A stretch of DNA of 64,000 nucleotides from Candidatus Poribacteria bacterium (GTDB lineage Bacteria > Poribacteria > WGA-4E > WGA-3G): contig CBDHCS010000001.1 of NCBI GenBank assembly GCA_965261125.1, forward strand, positions 85,405 to 149,404, given 5' to 3'. How positions within the stretch are numbered: position 1 is the stretch's first letter; every line of letters starts with the position of its first letter. The notes below the pieces were generated by a model. That model saw only the letters and a program-made list of their open reading frames with translations. It did not search any database and was not told where the DNA came from. Shown here piece after piece: positions 28,337 to 38,271 of this stretch. A program made the position numbers and the translations under genes.

Positions 28337-30979
28337 ATGAAATTTGAATTTGACGCTGACCAAGATTACCAACGGGATGCTATTGATGCCGTTGTCCAAT
28401 TGTTTGAAGGACAAATCCCTGTTCGGACAACCCTACAATTTAGTGGGGAATCAAACTTTTCTGCTATATCCAACCGCCTTGACTTAGATCCTGAACAAAT
28501 AAGTGATCGTCTAAAAGAAATTCAAGAGGCAAACGGAATAGAAGTGGGCGAGTTTTCCACAAACGGATTTCCAAACTTTTCTGTGGAGATGGAAACAGGC
28601 ACAGGCAAAACCTACATCTACCTACGTACTGTGCTGGAACTCTTTCAAAACTACGGTATGCGTAAGTTTATTGTCGTAGTGCCTTCCGTTGCAATTCGAG
28701 AGGGTGTGCTAAAAACGCTTGAAATGACAGAATCACATTTTAAAGAGTTATATGACAGCATCCCATATCGTTATTATGTTTACGATTCCGAGAAATTGTC
28801 ACAAGTCCGCCAATTTGCGTTATCCGATAGTGTTGAAATTATGGTTATAACAATGGCCTCATTCAATCAACCTTCAAAAAACGTGATTCACAAAAGCACT
28901 GATCGATTGCAAGGGGATATTCCGATGAATTTTATCCGGGCGACTCGTCCGATTCTGATATTAGATGAACCACAGCGGATGGAAAGTGATCGCAGCGTGG
29001 AAGCACTCGCCAGCCTTTCTCCACTGTTTGCATTGAGATATAGTGCGACACATAAGACCCTTCACAATCGAGTCTACTGCTTAACGCCCTATGACGCTTA
29101 TCGTGAAGGTTTAGTAAAAAGGATAGAGGTTGCAGGTATCGAAGAGAGCGCAAATACAAACCTTGCTTTTGTTCATGTTAAGAGTGTTCAAAGCCAAAAA
29201 AGTCGAGTGACTGCAAAACTTGTAGTGCATAAACTCATGAAAAATAACACGGCAAAGCAGACGACACTTACGTTTAAAAAAGGCGATGATTTAGAAGAGA
29301 AGACAAACCTTCCTCAGTATCAAGGTTATCGGATTAGAGAAATTGACGTTAGATGGGGTGAGGTGCATTTTGATAATAACATGGTTTTAGTAACTGGCGA
29401 AACACATGGTGCTGAAAAAACAGCAATTTTTAAGGCACAAATTCGCTATACAATTGAGGAACACTTTCGGAAACAGAAAAAACTTAAAGATGCTGATCTT
29501 AAGGTGCTCTCACTCTTTTTTATTGATAGAGTTGACAACTATGCAGGAAAAGACCCAATCATTCGCAAACTCTTTGACGAATGTTTCAATGAGTTAAAGC
29601 AGGAAGACAGGTACTCAGAATGGCAAGAAAAACAACCTGAAGATGTACAAGCCGCCTATTTCGCAAAAGCCCAAACGGAAAAAGAAGAACTTGTTTACGA
29701 AGATACCAAAGGCGATGCAGAAAAGGATCGCGAGGTTTACCAATTGATTATGAAAGATAAGGAACGTCTTTTGTCTTTTGAGGAACCGACCTGTTTTATC
29801 TTTTCACATTCTGCACTTCGGGAAGGGTGGGATAGTCCGAATGTCTTCCAGATTTGTACGCTGAATCAGACCGTCTCTGAAATGAAAAAACGACAGGAAA
29901 TTGGCCGTGGTGTACGCCTTGCTGTCAATCAAGAGGGAAAACGTGTGCATGATGAAAAACTTAACGTGCTTACTGTCGTTGCCAACGAAAGTTATACCAA
30001 TTATGTTCGGGAACTTCAAACCGAAGTTCAGGATGAGTTTGGAACTGGTGATAGCATGCCCAAACCGAAAAATGCAAGAGAACGCGGTCCAATAAAACTT
30101 AAAAAAGCAATGACACTTAAACCGGAATTTGAGGCACTCTGGGATCGTATAAAACACAAAACGCGATACAAGGTGCAAATTGACACAGAAAAACTGATTG
30201 AAGATGTTGTAAAAATATTAGATGACACCGACATCCAACTTCCGCAAATATCAATAAGGAGGGGAGAATTGAAAGTTAATAAAGATAACGCGTTTGAAGT
30301 TGATCTCATTGCGGATGGGAGCTTAACATACAGTTTATCGGGTAAGGCAAACGTCTTAAAGTCAATTGAGCATCGTTTAGCACATACAACACCAGCAATG
30401 AAACTAACACGGCGAACCCTCTTGGAAATTCTTAAGCGTACCCAAAACCAGCAAGCTGCTTTAGACAACCCTCCTGAATTCGCTAAGATTGTGGTTGAGA
30501 AAATCAGACAGAAAATTATAACGCAACTGATTGATGGCATAAAGTACGAAAAAATCGGTGAAGTGTATGAAATGAGCCAATTTGACTGTGAGTTAGAAAG
30601 TTGGAAGGACTGCATGGTCCCCGCGGCACGTTCCATTTATGATCACGTGATTTGGGATTCAAACGTTGAAAAAGAGTTTGTTGAGGAATTAGAAAAACGA
30701 AAGGATATTATACTTTACTTGAAACTACCTGCTTTCTTCACCGTGCCAACTCCGATAGGAAACTATAACCCAGATTGGGCAATAGTCAGAGATGATCTTG
30801 ATGTACACGGCGACCCCATAGGTGAAGAAAAACTGTATCTGGTCATAGAAACGAAAAGTACAACGGATGCGGAAAAACTCAGACACCATGAAGAATGGAA
30901 AATAGACTGTGGTAGGCGGCATTTCTGTGATGCGCTTAACGTTGATTATAAGGTTGTTACCTCTGCTGAGGAAGTATAA
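28337..30979 (+). CDS. res: Type III R-M restriction subunit (Res)
   Basis: EMETGTGKTY, ILDEPQ, LRYSATH, ALREGWDSPNVF, YNPDWAIV...ETK. Confidence 0.95.
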   Translation: MKFEFDADQDYQRDAIDAVVQLFEGQIPVRTTLQFSGESNFSAISNRLDLDPEQISDRLKEIQEANGIEVGEFSTNGFPNFSVEMETGTGKTYIYLRTVLELFQNYGMRKFIVVVPSVAIREGVLKTLEMTESHFKELYDSIPYRYYVYDSEKLSQVRQFALSDSVEIMVITMASFNQPSKNVIHKSTDRLQGDIPMNFIRATRPILILDEPQRMESDRSVEALASLSPLFALRYSATHKTLHNRVYCLTPYDAYREGLVKRIEVAGIEESANTNLAFVHVKSVQSQKSRVTAKLVVHKLMKNNTAKQTTLTFKKGDDLEEKTNLPQYQGYRIREIDVRWGEVHFDNNMVLVTGETHGAEKTAIFKAQIRYTIEEHFRKQKKLKDADLKVLSLFFIDRVDNYAGKDPIIRKLFDECFNELKQEDRYSEWQEKQPEDVQAAYFAKAQTEKEELVYEDTKGDAEKDREVYQLIMKDKERLLSFEEPTCFIFSHSALREGWDSPNVFQICTLNQTVSEMKKRQEIGRGVRLAVNQEGKRVHDEKLNVLTVVANESYTNYVRELQTEVQDEFGTGDSMPKPKNARERGPIKLKKAMTLKPEFEALWDRIKHKTRYKVQIDTEKLIEDVVKILDDTDIQLPQISIRRGELKVNKDNAFEVDLIADGSLTYSLSGKANVLKSIEHRLAHTTPAMKLTRRTLLEILKRTQNQQAALDNPPEFAKIVVEKIRQKIITQLIDGIKYEKIGEVYEMSQFDCELESWKDCMVPAARSIYDHVIWDSNVEKEFVEELEKRKDIILYLKLPAFFTVPTPIGNYNPDWAIVRDDLDVHGDPIGEEKLYLVIETKSTTDAEKLRHHEEWKIDCGRRHFCDALNVDYKVVTSAEEV

Positions 30980-30987
30980 AAGGATAG

Positions 30988-32463
30988 TTATAGATTATCA
31001 AAAAAATTCTCATGATCACGATGAATTCCATCATTTTTATAGTAACGTCCCTGATAATCTCTCCAAAAATGCTGTTTACATAAATCAATCCAAGTTTTCC
31101 ACAAGGTCTCCATCTGCTCTTGTTTTACACCTATGCATTCCCATAATTCTGATAATTTAGAATTACGAAGGAGTATATCAATAGCACGTTCTTTTATTTC
31201 ATATATCTCGGATAGAAAATCTAACCGCATTTTTAATCGGTATTTGTCCAAATCTTCTTGGTCTCCCGATTTGATTGCTGTTGCCAACTCATGTATATTT
31301 AATGCCATGTAGTATGCAATAAGTGAAGCGCGATATTCTAAGTCATTTACAAACATGAGAGACAACCATTCCCAATTTTCGTAGGCGTTAGCCAAATGAT
31401 TCCAATGATCTTCAGACTTTATACCGCGCCGACCAGTATAACCGGAACCTGTAAGTTGGTACATCTCCCATACTTTACCTCGATATTCTGGATAGTTGAG
31501 ACGGACTTTTTCCTGCACCAAATCCAGAGCAAGAGATAGTTGATCTATTTTTACACTAAGTCCTCCGTGTAAACTATGGAATACATATACGAGAACATTT
31601 GGCATGTCTATCCAAACATTATAGCTGCTGTCCTTCCATTCAACTATTGTAAATAGGTCATGAATTACAGATTTTTGATTGTTGAACTTTTCTTCACCCG
31701 ATTCAACTCCAATGAGGGATGTAGAAATCAGAGGTGAAACAACATCAACGGTTTTATCCACAATCTTGAATAGCTGCTCCTTGTCTTCTGGCATTTGCTG
31801 TTCTAATTTTGGCCTCCACTCCTGCAAGGAGTCAGCGGTGTCTCTACGAATTTGCTTAACAAATTGTTGCCAACCGAACTTATCATCCTCTCTAATAAAC
31901 TTTTCTGCAGTTTTGTAAGCATCAGAGGCAGATTCAACCTTTTGCGAAATATCGGAAGGCTGATTTTTTGAGACGTTTGTTTCAGAAGGGGGTGATTTTT
32001 TTTCCATTTTTGGCTCCGGATTAATTAAGGGTTTATGAATTTCACAAACTAATTGTTTCAAGTTCTCGTCAAATTCTTTGTTCTCTGTGAAGTCAATATA
32101 GAAGTACCCTTCTAAAAAAATTGGGACCTTCTCTTCACTTGACGATTGGCGAACTACGGGAATGAATTTCGTAGTTTTTAAATTTCTATAAAGTTCTGCA
32201 GTGATAATGTTTGCTTCGTATCCTACACCACCCTCACGGTCATTTGCCTTTTGCACATAATTGTCTGTGCAAATCAAAAGCACCCTATCAGCACTCCTGA
32301 GTTTTTCCATGAATACTGGTGAATTGCTGCCGGGGTGCAAATCTGACTGATCAAACATTACTTCAATATCATTTTCACTAAGTTTTGTGTGAAGTTTTAG
32401 CACCCATTGCTTGTGTTCATCAGAATCATGAGAATACGAGATAAATACTTTCGGTGTTTTCAT
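30988..32463 (-). CDS. TIR/SEFIR-domain protein with unknown helical C-terminus
   Basis: KVFISYSHDSDEHKQWV...FDQ...GGVGYE...KFIPV. Confidence 0.85.
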   Translation of the reverse strand: MKTPKVFISYSHDSDEHKQWVLKLHTKLSENDIEVMFDQSDLHPGSNSPVFMEKLRSADRVLLICTDNYVQKANDREGGVGYEANIITAELYRNLKTTKFIPVVRQSSSEEKVPIFLEGYFYIDFTENKEFDENLKQLVCEIHKPLINPEPKMEKKSPPSETNVSKNQPSDISQKVESASDAYKTAEKFIREDDKFGWQQFVKQIRRDTADSLQEWRPKLEQQMPEDKEQLFKIVDKTVDVVSPLISTSLIGVESGEEKFNNQKSVIHDLFTIVEWKDSSYNVWIDMPNVLVYVFHSLHGGLSVKIDQLSLALDLVQEKVRLNYPEYRGKVWEMYQLTGSGYTGRRGIKSEDHWNHLANAYENWEWLSLMFVNDLEYRASLIAYYMALNIHELATAIKSGDQEDLDKYRLKMRLDFLSEIYEIKERAIDILLRNSKLSELWECIGVKQEQMETLWKTWIDLCKQHFWRDYQGRYYKNDGIHRDHENFFDNL

Positions 32464-32569
32464 TGTGTCCTGCAATTTGAGTTGTTTTCTTACGTTTTTT
32501 GCGGTATAATTCCAATCAAATAGATAAGTATATTATAACACATTTTCGTAGGAAAAACAAGGAAAGAAC

Positions 32570-33694
32570 ATGAAAAACTATATGCTCATTCTCACACTAT
32601 TACTCGTCGCCGCCCTCAGTGCTACCGCAGCAGGGGACAACAAAGACCCAATCCGCACTCTATTGCCGTTTGATGCAATCCCTGCCATCACAAAGCCGCA
32701 ATTTGTGCCAGCAAGCAAAGCAAAATTAGACGCGGATGCTCCGGTCATTGGTGTGACATTCAACGGTGAAAGTCATGCCTACTCACTCTATCTGCTGAAC
32801 GGACACGAAATTGTGAACGATGTTGTCGGCGGAAACAAAATCGCTACGACATGGTGACCGCTCTGCAAAACGGCTATCGTGTATAGCCGGGAACTTGACG
32901 GTAAAACCTATACTTTCGGTGTCAGCGGAAAATTATGGCGAGATGCACTACTAATGTACGACCATCAAACACGTTCCCTTTGGTCTCATATCACAGGAGA
33001 AGCGATAGAGGGACCACTGAAAGGCAAGCAGTTGAAACCACTCGCTTCCATGCCACAGATCGCATGGAAAACATGGCAGACAAATTACCCACAGACAAAA
33101 GTGTTATCTGTGGGTGCGCGTGAAAGCTTCAAGCGCGATAATTACGCAGACTATCATAAAAGCCAACGCGCAGGTGTAAGTGGGACAAGATACACCGATA
33201 AAAGGCTACCTAATAAATCTCTCGTGATTGGCGTTCAAGTGCAGACTAAAGACGGTGCGCCCGGCAAAGCTGGTGCTGACGGACAAGACAGCACTGACGG
33301 ACAAGACGGCACTGATGGACAAGACGGTGCTGCAGGGCGAAGTGGTTCTTTCGATCCCTATAACACACAGTTTCGCGCGTATCCATTAACACACTTCGCT
33401 AAAAATGCTGTGATTAACGACATGGTTGGCGAGGTGCCGCTGTTGATTTTTCACGATAAAGTGTCATTTGCAACGGCCGTCTTTAAGCGAAACATTGTAA
33501 AAGATGTGCGCACCTTTAGCTATCAAGATGGGCATTTTGTAAAGGACAACACCGGCACACGCTGGAATCTGGTCACAGGTGTGGCAACATCGGGTAAAGA
33601 TAAAGGGATGCGTCTGGAACGGTTGCCCGCTGTCAATATCTACTGGTTCGCGTGGGCACGTTACTACCCTGAAACAACAATCTATAAACCATAA
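32570..33694 (+). CDS. Secreted DUF3179-family selenoprotein (UGA at 32855-32857, W-U-P-L-C)
   Basis: The two track ORFs are in frame across one TGA. HEIVND..TTW*PLCKTAIVY..FGVSGKL..LMYDHQTRSLW matches DUF3179, whose CPLC motif has Cys at this position. A hairpin follows the UGA. Confidence 0.85.
32871..32889 (+). promoter_or_regulatory. Candidate SECIS hairpin
   Basis: CGGCTAT-CGTGT-ATAGCCG; loop starts at +21 after the UGA. Confidence 0.75.
33278..33331 (+). repeat. Three 18-bp repeats within a collagen-like G-X-Y insert
   Basis: GACGGACAAGACAGCACT / GACGGACAAGACGGCACT / GATGGACAAGACGGTGCT. Confidence 0.85.
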
Positions 33695-33697
33695 CTG

Positions 33698-34459
33698 TTA
33701 ATCGTCTAATTCAACAACTTCGCCTGCCATATCGCGATGCATTGTCGGGCGGATAACTAATTCTGGTATATTGCTTCGTTGCGGTAGAGTCGCAATGAGG
33801 AGAATCGCTGCTGAGGTTTCAGCAACATCTACCATCATTGTGCGTGCTTCTGCATCAGGTGGGATCGGACGTTTATCCAAAATTGGTGTTGCCACTTCAC
33901 CAGGAATTATGACGCTTGCTCTGATACCTGTATTCCTTAAATCATTGTTAAGAAATTCGGTAAAATTAATTACGCCTGCCTTCGCTGCGCCGTAAGCAAA
34001 TCCACTGAAAGGACCAGGCGTAACAGCAGCAAGCGATGAGATGTTGATAATCGTTCCTGATTTCGCTTTCAGCATTGCAGGCACAACTGCCTGCGTACAG
34101 AAAAACGTGCCGATTAGATTTGAATCAATGACTGAGCGTGTCTCCTCTGGTGTCGTATTAAGAAGTCTCCGATTATGTGAACTATGCCCTGCATTGTTCA
34201 CAAGCACATCAATCTGTCCAAATTTCTTAAGTACGTCGTCAATCATCTGTTGAACAGCATCGTAGTCAGCCACATCAAGCATGCAAGCCATCGGGGTACC
34301 ACCCACAGCCTCAATTTCTGAACTGACAGATATTAACTTTGATCGTGTTCTACCGAAAATCACAACATTGGCACCTTCTTGTGCCATTTTGAGGGCAGCA
34401 TCACGACCAATTCCACTACCACCACCTGTGATGATACACACTTGATCTTTTAATTTCAT
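33698..34459 (-). CDS. SDR family oxidoreductase
   Basis: TGGGSGIG, NNAG, YGAAK. Confidence 0.95.
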   Translation of the reverse strand: MKLKDQVCIITGGGSGIGRDAALKMAQEGANVVIFGRTRSKLISVSSEIEAVGGTPMACMLDVADYDAVQQMIDDVLKKFGQIDVLVNNAGHSSHNRRLLNTTPEETRSVIDSNLIGTFFCTQAVVPAMLKAKSGTIINISSLAAVTPGPFSGFAYGAAKAGVINFTEFLNNDLRNTGIRASVIIPGEVATPILDKRPIPPDAEARTMMVDVAETSAAILLIATLPQRSNIPELVIRPTMHRDMAGEVVELDD

Positions 34460-35292
34460 TCTTCACCTCCATTTGGTAAAATCCGCTGGACAGCCGCTTT
34501 CACCTCTTTTGAAAACGATTCCAGTTCATACTGTTCTTCCGAAATTTTATCACGATGTTCCTCAAATGGATACCCTCCCTTTCCACCTTCATTGAAATAG
34601 ACACTCAGCTGGTATCGTTGAAAAATGTTCATGCGGGGATAATCTTCTGTCCACGGGCTTGCATCGTGCAGCAGATTCGTAGAGAAGATAGCAACATCAC
34701 CCGCTTGCATCGGTAAAGTAATTGAGGTCGGCGGATCGTGTCGGACTGGTAGATGTTCCGGTGTCTGAAATAGGGATTTATGGCTACCGGGGACAAGGCA
34801 AAATCCTGTTCCCGGTGGCACGTCTACCAATGCAACCCATGTCGCAATATGGTTACAATAGATATGTCCAGCGGCAGCTTGATAATCGTTATGCGGATTG
34901 CGAAACCCGGGTGGAAACTTAAACCCGCTATCATCACGATGAAAGTGTTGGGGGTAGTCATGCTTTGTCATCATCGTGAAATTGCAGTGAAAAAGACGCG
35001 GAGCGTTCATCATTAACCCTCCTAAAACCCGCATAATGTCAGGGTTCATGGCAAGGTCTTGAAACAAACGATGTCCATATTGGATATGTCCTATATGTGT
35101 TTTGCACGGTTCTTGTCTCCCACGGTGCAACGGCGGCGGGAGGTCGGATTCATCAATTGTGAGCCAATGCTGAAGCACCCTCAGCATCTCCTCGACCTCA
35201 TCTTTTGCGATAACATTTCGTAAGACAAGGAAACCGTGTAAATCAAAATACCACTTTTCCTCCTCTGTTAAAGTGGAATGAATAGTAAACAT
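34456..35292 (-). CDS. PhyH family dioxygenase
   Basis: EKWYFDLHGF, HFHRD, LVPGSHKS, AGDVAIFSTNLLH. Start placed at ATG 35292 because the longer ORF reads into the IS remnant. Confidence 0.85.
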   Translation of the reverse strand: MFTIHSTLTEEEKWYFDLHGFLVLRNVIAKDEVEEMLRVLQHWLTIDESDLPPPLHRGRQEPCKTHIGHIQYGHRLFQDLAMNPDIMRVLGGLMMNAPRLFHCNFTMMTKHDYPQHFHRDDSGFKFPPGFRNPHNDYQAAAGHIYCNHIATWVALVDVPPGTGFCLVPGSHKSLFQTPEHLPVRHDPPTSITLPMQAGDVAIFSTNLLHDASPWTEDYPRMNIFQRYQLSVYFNEGGKGGYPFEEHRDKISEEQYELESFSKEVKAAVQRILPNGGEE

Positions 35293-35380
35293 TAATTTCC
35301 CCATAGTTACTGCTTGTGTTGAATAATAGATTATCAAAATTACCCAAAATTTTTCAAGGACTGATTGCTCGGATTTAACT

Positions 35381-36063
35381 GGATGTGTAAAGTTTTGTTT
35401 ATAAGTGTCAAGCTGCGTGTGGGAGTTGATTCCAATATCTGTCCCAGTCCCCATTTTTGACTAAACACCGTCCGGCAAGCACCGAGTTGATACCTTCTTT
35501 TTTCCATCTCATAGCAGCTTGTTTACACCTTTGTCCCACAACATGTTCACAGGCACTTTCAATCACACCACACCTCTGCTACACGATGTGTCCATTCCCT
35601 TTCAACTTTTGTTTCGCATCCCAAGGTCTATGAAAATGCCTTGCCACACAACGATATGTCCAACGCTCAACACGGATCTTACCACAAAGGGTCGTGATAT
35701 TCACGCCACGTTTCTGGGTCGGACGAGACACCTATTGACAATCAGGACAATCAATCGCTTCTGTTGATTGTTGAGAAGCTGCCTGTGATACACTTCCAGC
35801 AACTTTTGACCACTTCTCAGCCTGAGGTCTCGCACACGGGTCTCGGCTTCTTCTAACGGGACGCAAGCGGAAGATGAAAGTTCGCCTGCAACCTGAACAA
35901 TCTCTTCTAAAATCTCCCTGACTTCGGGATTATCTGATGGTATACTTATGCTAATCATCGGTATCCTCTCCTATAAATTTGATTATTTGGATAGGATACC
36001 ATTTTTTAGTATTCTCCGCAACATATCTGAACATCAATGTTTCTACAAAAACTTTACACACCC
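35381..36063 (-). mobile_element. Internally deleted IS remnant, ISKra4-like
   Basis: Terminal IRs GGATGTGTAAAGTTTTGT and ACAAAAACTTTACACACCC; broken frame containing CPDCQ...TLCGKIRVERWTYRC...HRPWD. Confidence 0.65.
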
Positions 36064-36199
36064 GCTGATTACCTCTTGAAATTTCAACAAGTATCGTGTA
36101 TAATTTTGAATATGTAAGAGTGCACAGTTTGCTATCTCAAATTGGATAATGTTAAAAATAGGCGTTGATAGAAAATCTGCCTAATATGAAAGGTTTTGC

Positions 36200-36487
36200 A
36201 TGATACTTGGAAAAGTCACGGGGACAGTCGTCGCAACGCAAAAAGACGAAAAACTTGTCGGGAGCAAGTTGCTGATTGTCCAAGATGTGAATTTAGATGG
36301 GGAATTAGAGCGGAAATACACAGTCGCAGTAGACGCTGTCGGTGCTGGCATCGGTGAAATTGTGCTGATAGCAACGGGAAGTTCAGCACGTCAGACAAGT
36401 GTAACCAGCAATAAACCTGTTGATGGCGTTGTCATGGCGATTGTTGATACCATTGAAGTCGATGGTGAAGTCCGTTACATGAAATAG
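36200..36487 (+). CDS. EutN/CcmL bacterial microcompartment vertex protein
   Basis: MILGKVTGTVVATQK...VAVDAVGAGIGE..GSSAR..PVDGVVMAIVD. Confidence 0.95.
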   Translation: MILGKVTGTVVATQKDEKLVGSKLLIVQDVNLDGELERKYTVAVDAVGAGIGEIVLIATGSSARQTSVTSNKPVDGVVMAIVDTIEVDGEVRYMK

Positions 36488-36501
36488 AGAGACCGACTGA
36501 T

Positions 36502-38262
36502 ATGGAACAGACAGAATTGTTCCCGGAAAAAGCAGTCGATGATGAACTGCCGTTAAAACTGGAGTTAATCAAGCAGATCGGATGGTTAGTCCGCCTCCGC
36601 TGGATTGCAATTGCAGGTGTATTCTTCACTGTAACGGTTGCCAATTTAGCGAATAGTATGATTGCGAACCCCATCCCATTGTATATTATTGCTGGTCTGA
36701 TGGTGCTGTACAACTTCGAACCTCAGATGTACCGCAAAGCACCAGAGCAGCAACGGTTGATGTCTATCAAACGGCAAGCGTGTATTCACATTATCCTTGA
36801 TTTGTTGTCGTTGGTGGCACTGATCCACTTCAGTGGTGGTGTTGAAAATCCATTCATATTCTATTTCATTTTTCACCTGATTATCGCAAGTATCATCTTA
36901 TCGAAACGTGTCAGCTATATATTAGCAACTCTAAACACTGTCTTATTAAGCTCGCTCATTTTCTTTGAGTATTTTGAGATTCTTCCACACTATCCTCTGA
37001 ATAATTTTCTGCCTGAATCGCTTTGGCGTGACCCAATCTATATCTTTGGCGTGCTATTTGTGTTTACAAGTACCCTTTTCTTTTCAGTTTATTTGGCAAC
37101 CACAATCACACAAACAGCGAGGGAACGGGAAGCAGAAACGCGGGAACTGAAAGAGAATTTGGAAGAAAAAGTGGACGAACTCGTTGAAACGCGAAAAGAG
37201 GTAGTCTTTGAACGTAATAAATTGAAATCAATTATTGAATGCATGCAGGAAGGTGTTGTTTTTGTGGATTCTACTAACCAGAGTACTCTCTTTAACAAAG
37301 CAGCACAAATGATTCAGAAAGATCAATCGGAGCAAAATATGACTCCCGACCTGCAATTCGGCAGTGCTGAAACACTTGCCCAAATCTCACAGGACTTCGT
37401 TGAAGGCGGCGACGCGATTGCAAAGAAAAACGAGCAGATAGGTGAAAAACACTTAGAAAACACTTATGCTGCTGTTCGCGATGATGAAGACAATTATCTT
37501 GGAACAGTACTCGTTTCACGTGATGTGACTGATCGAAAACGGATGGAACAGCAGCTTATATTTTCAGAAAAAATGGCTGCCATCGGTGAATTAGCTGCAG
37601 GTGTGGCACATGAAATAAATAATCCACTTGATGGTTTGTTGAACTGCATCCTTCGTATACAGCGAAACCCGAAAAACATTGAACAAACACAAGAATATCT
37701 CGGTTTAATGGAAGAAGCCATCCGTCGTATAGAAGCGACAATCGGAAAATTACTTGATTTCTCCCGACCACATGAATTAACCCTGACTGCAATTAATCTG
37801 AACGACGTTGTTAATGAAACAATTGGACTGATTGAATATGGTGCATCCGAAAAAGGGATAAAAATAGAAACAGACTTCCGAGATCAAATTGCTCTCATTC
37901 ACGGTGATAAACATCTGTTAGAACAAGTTATCCTCAATCTTGCATTGAATGCCATTACCGCAATGCCAGATGGTGGGACGCTTTTATTCCAAACGGGCGA
38001 AATAAATTTGGATGCCTTGATAGGAAAACCGATCGTTTACGTTAAGGTAATTGATACAGGAATCGGCATATCAGAAGCCGTTCAAGATAGAATTTTCGAT
38101 CCGTTTTACACAACACAGATTACAGAAAAAGGGACTGGACTTGGCCTTTCAGTGTCCGATCGAATTGTTCGACAACATCAAGGCGTGATTGAAGTAGAGA
38201 GCGAAGAAGGTCACGGTTCAACATTTACAGTAAAATTGCCCATTGCACAAGAACAAACATAG
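36502..38262 (+). CDS. Membrane sensor histidine kinase with PAS domain
   Basis: TM region with SGGVENPF; GELAAGVAHEINNPL; QVILNL; DTGIGI; GTGLGL. Confidence 0.95.
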   Translation: MEQTELFPEKAVDDELPLKLELIKQIGWLVRLRWIAIAGVFFTVTVANLANSMIANPIPLYIIAGLMVLYNFEPQMYRKAPEQQRLMSIKRQACIHIILDLLSLVALIHFSGGVENPFIFYFIFHLIIASIILSKRVSYILATLNTVLLSSLIFFEYFEILPHYPLNNFLPESLWRDPIYIFGVLFVFTSTLFFSVYLATTITQTAREREAETRELKENLEEKVDELVETRKEVVFERNKLKSIIECMQEGVVFVDSTNQSTLFNKAAQMIQKDQSEQNMTPDLQFGSAETLAQISQDFVEGGDAIAKKNEQIGEKHLENTYAAVRDDEDNYLGTVLVSRDVTDRKRMEQQLIFSEKMAAIGELAAGVAHEINNPLDGLLNCILRIQRNPKNIEQTQEYLGLMEEAIRRIEATIGKLLDFSRPHELTLTAINLNDVVNETIGLIEYGASEKGIKIETDFRDQIALIHGDKHLLEQVILNLALNAITAMPDGGTLLFQTGEINLDALIGKPIVYVKVIDTGIGISEAVQDRIFDPFYTTQITEKGTGLGLSVSDRIVRQHQGVIEVESEEGHGSTFTVKLPIAQEQT

Positions 38263-38271
38263 GAGGTCAAA

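Noticed and set aside
30028-30636. 202-aa antisense ORF and similar antisense ORFs across the window
   Set aside because: They lie fully opposite well-supported genes and show no protein motifs.
32879-33694. Independent GTG-start gene, and likewise 53280-53525
   Set aside because: Both GTGs are the CGTG loop of the candidate SECIS hairpins and lie mid-domain; UGA readthrough explains them better.
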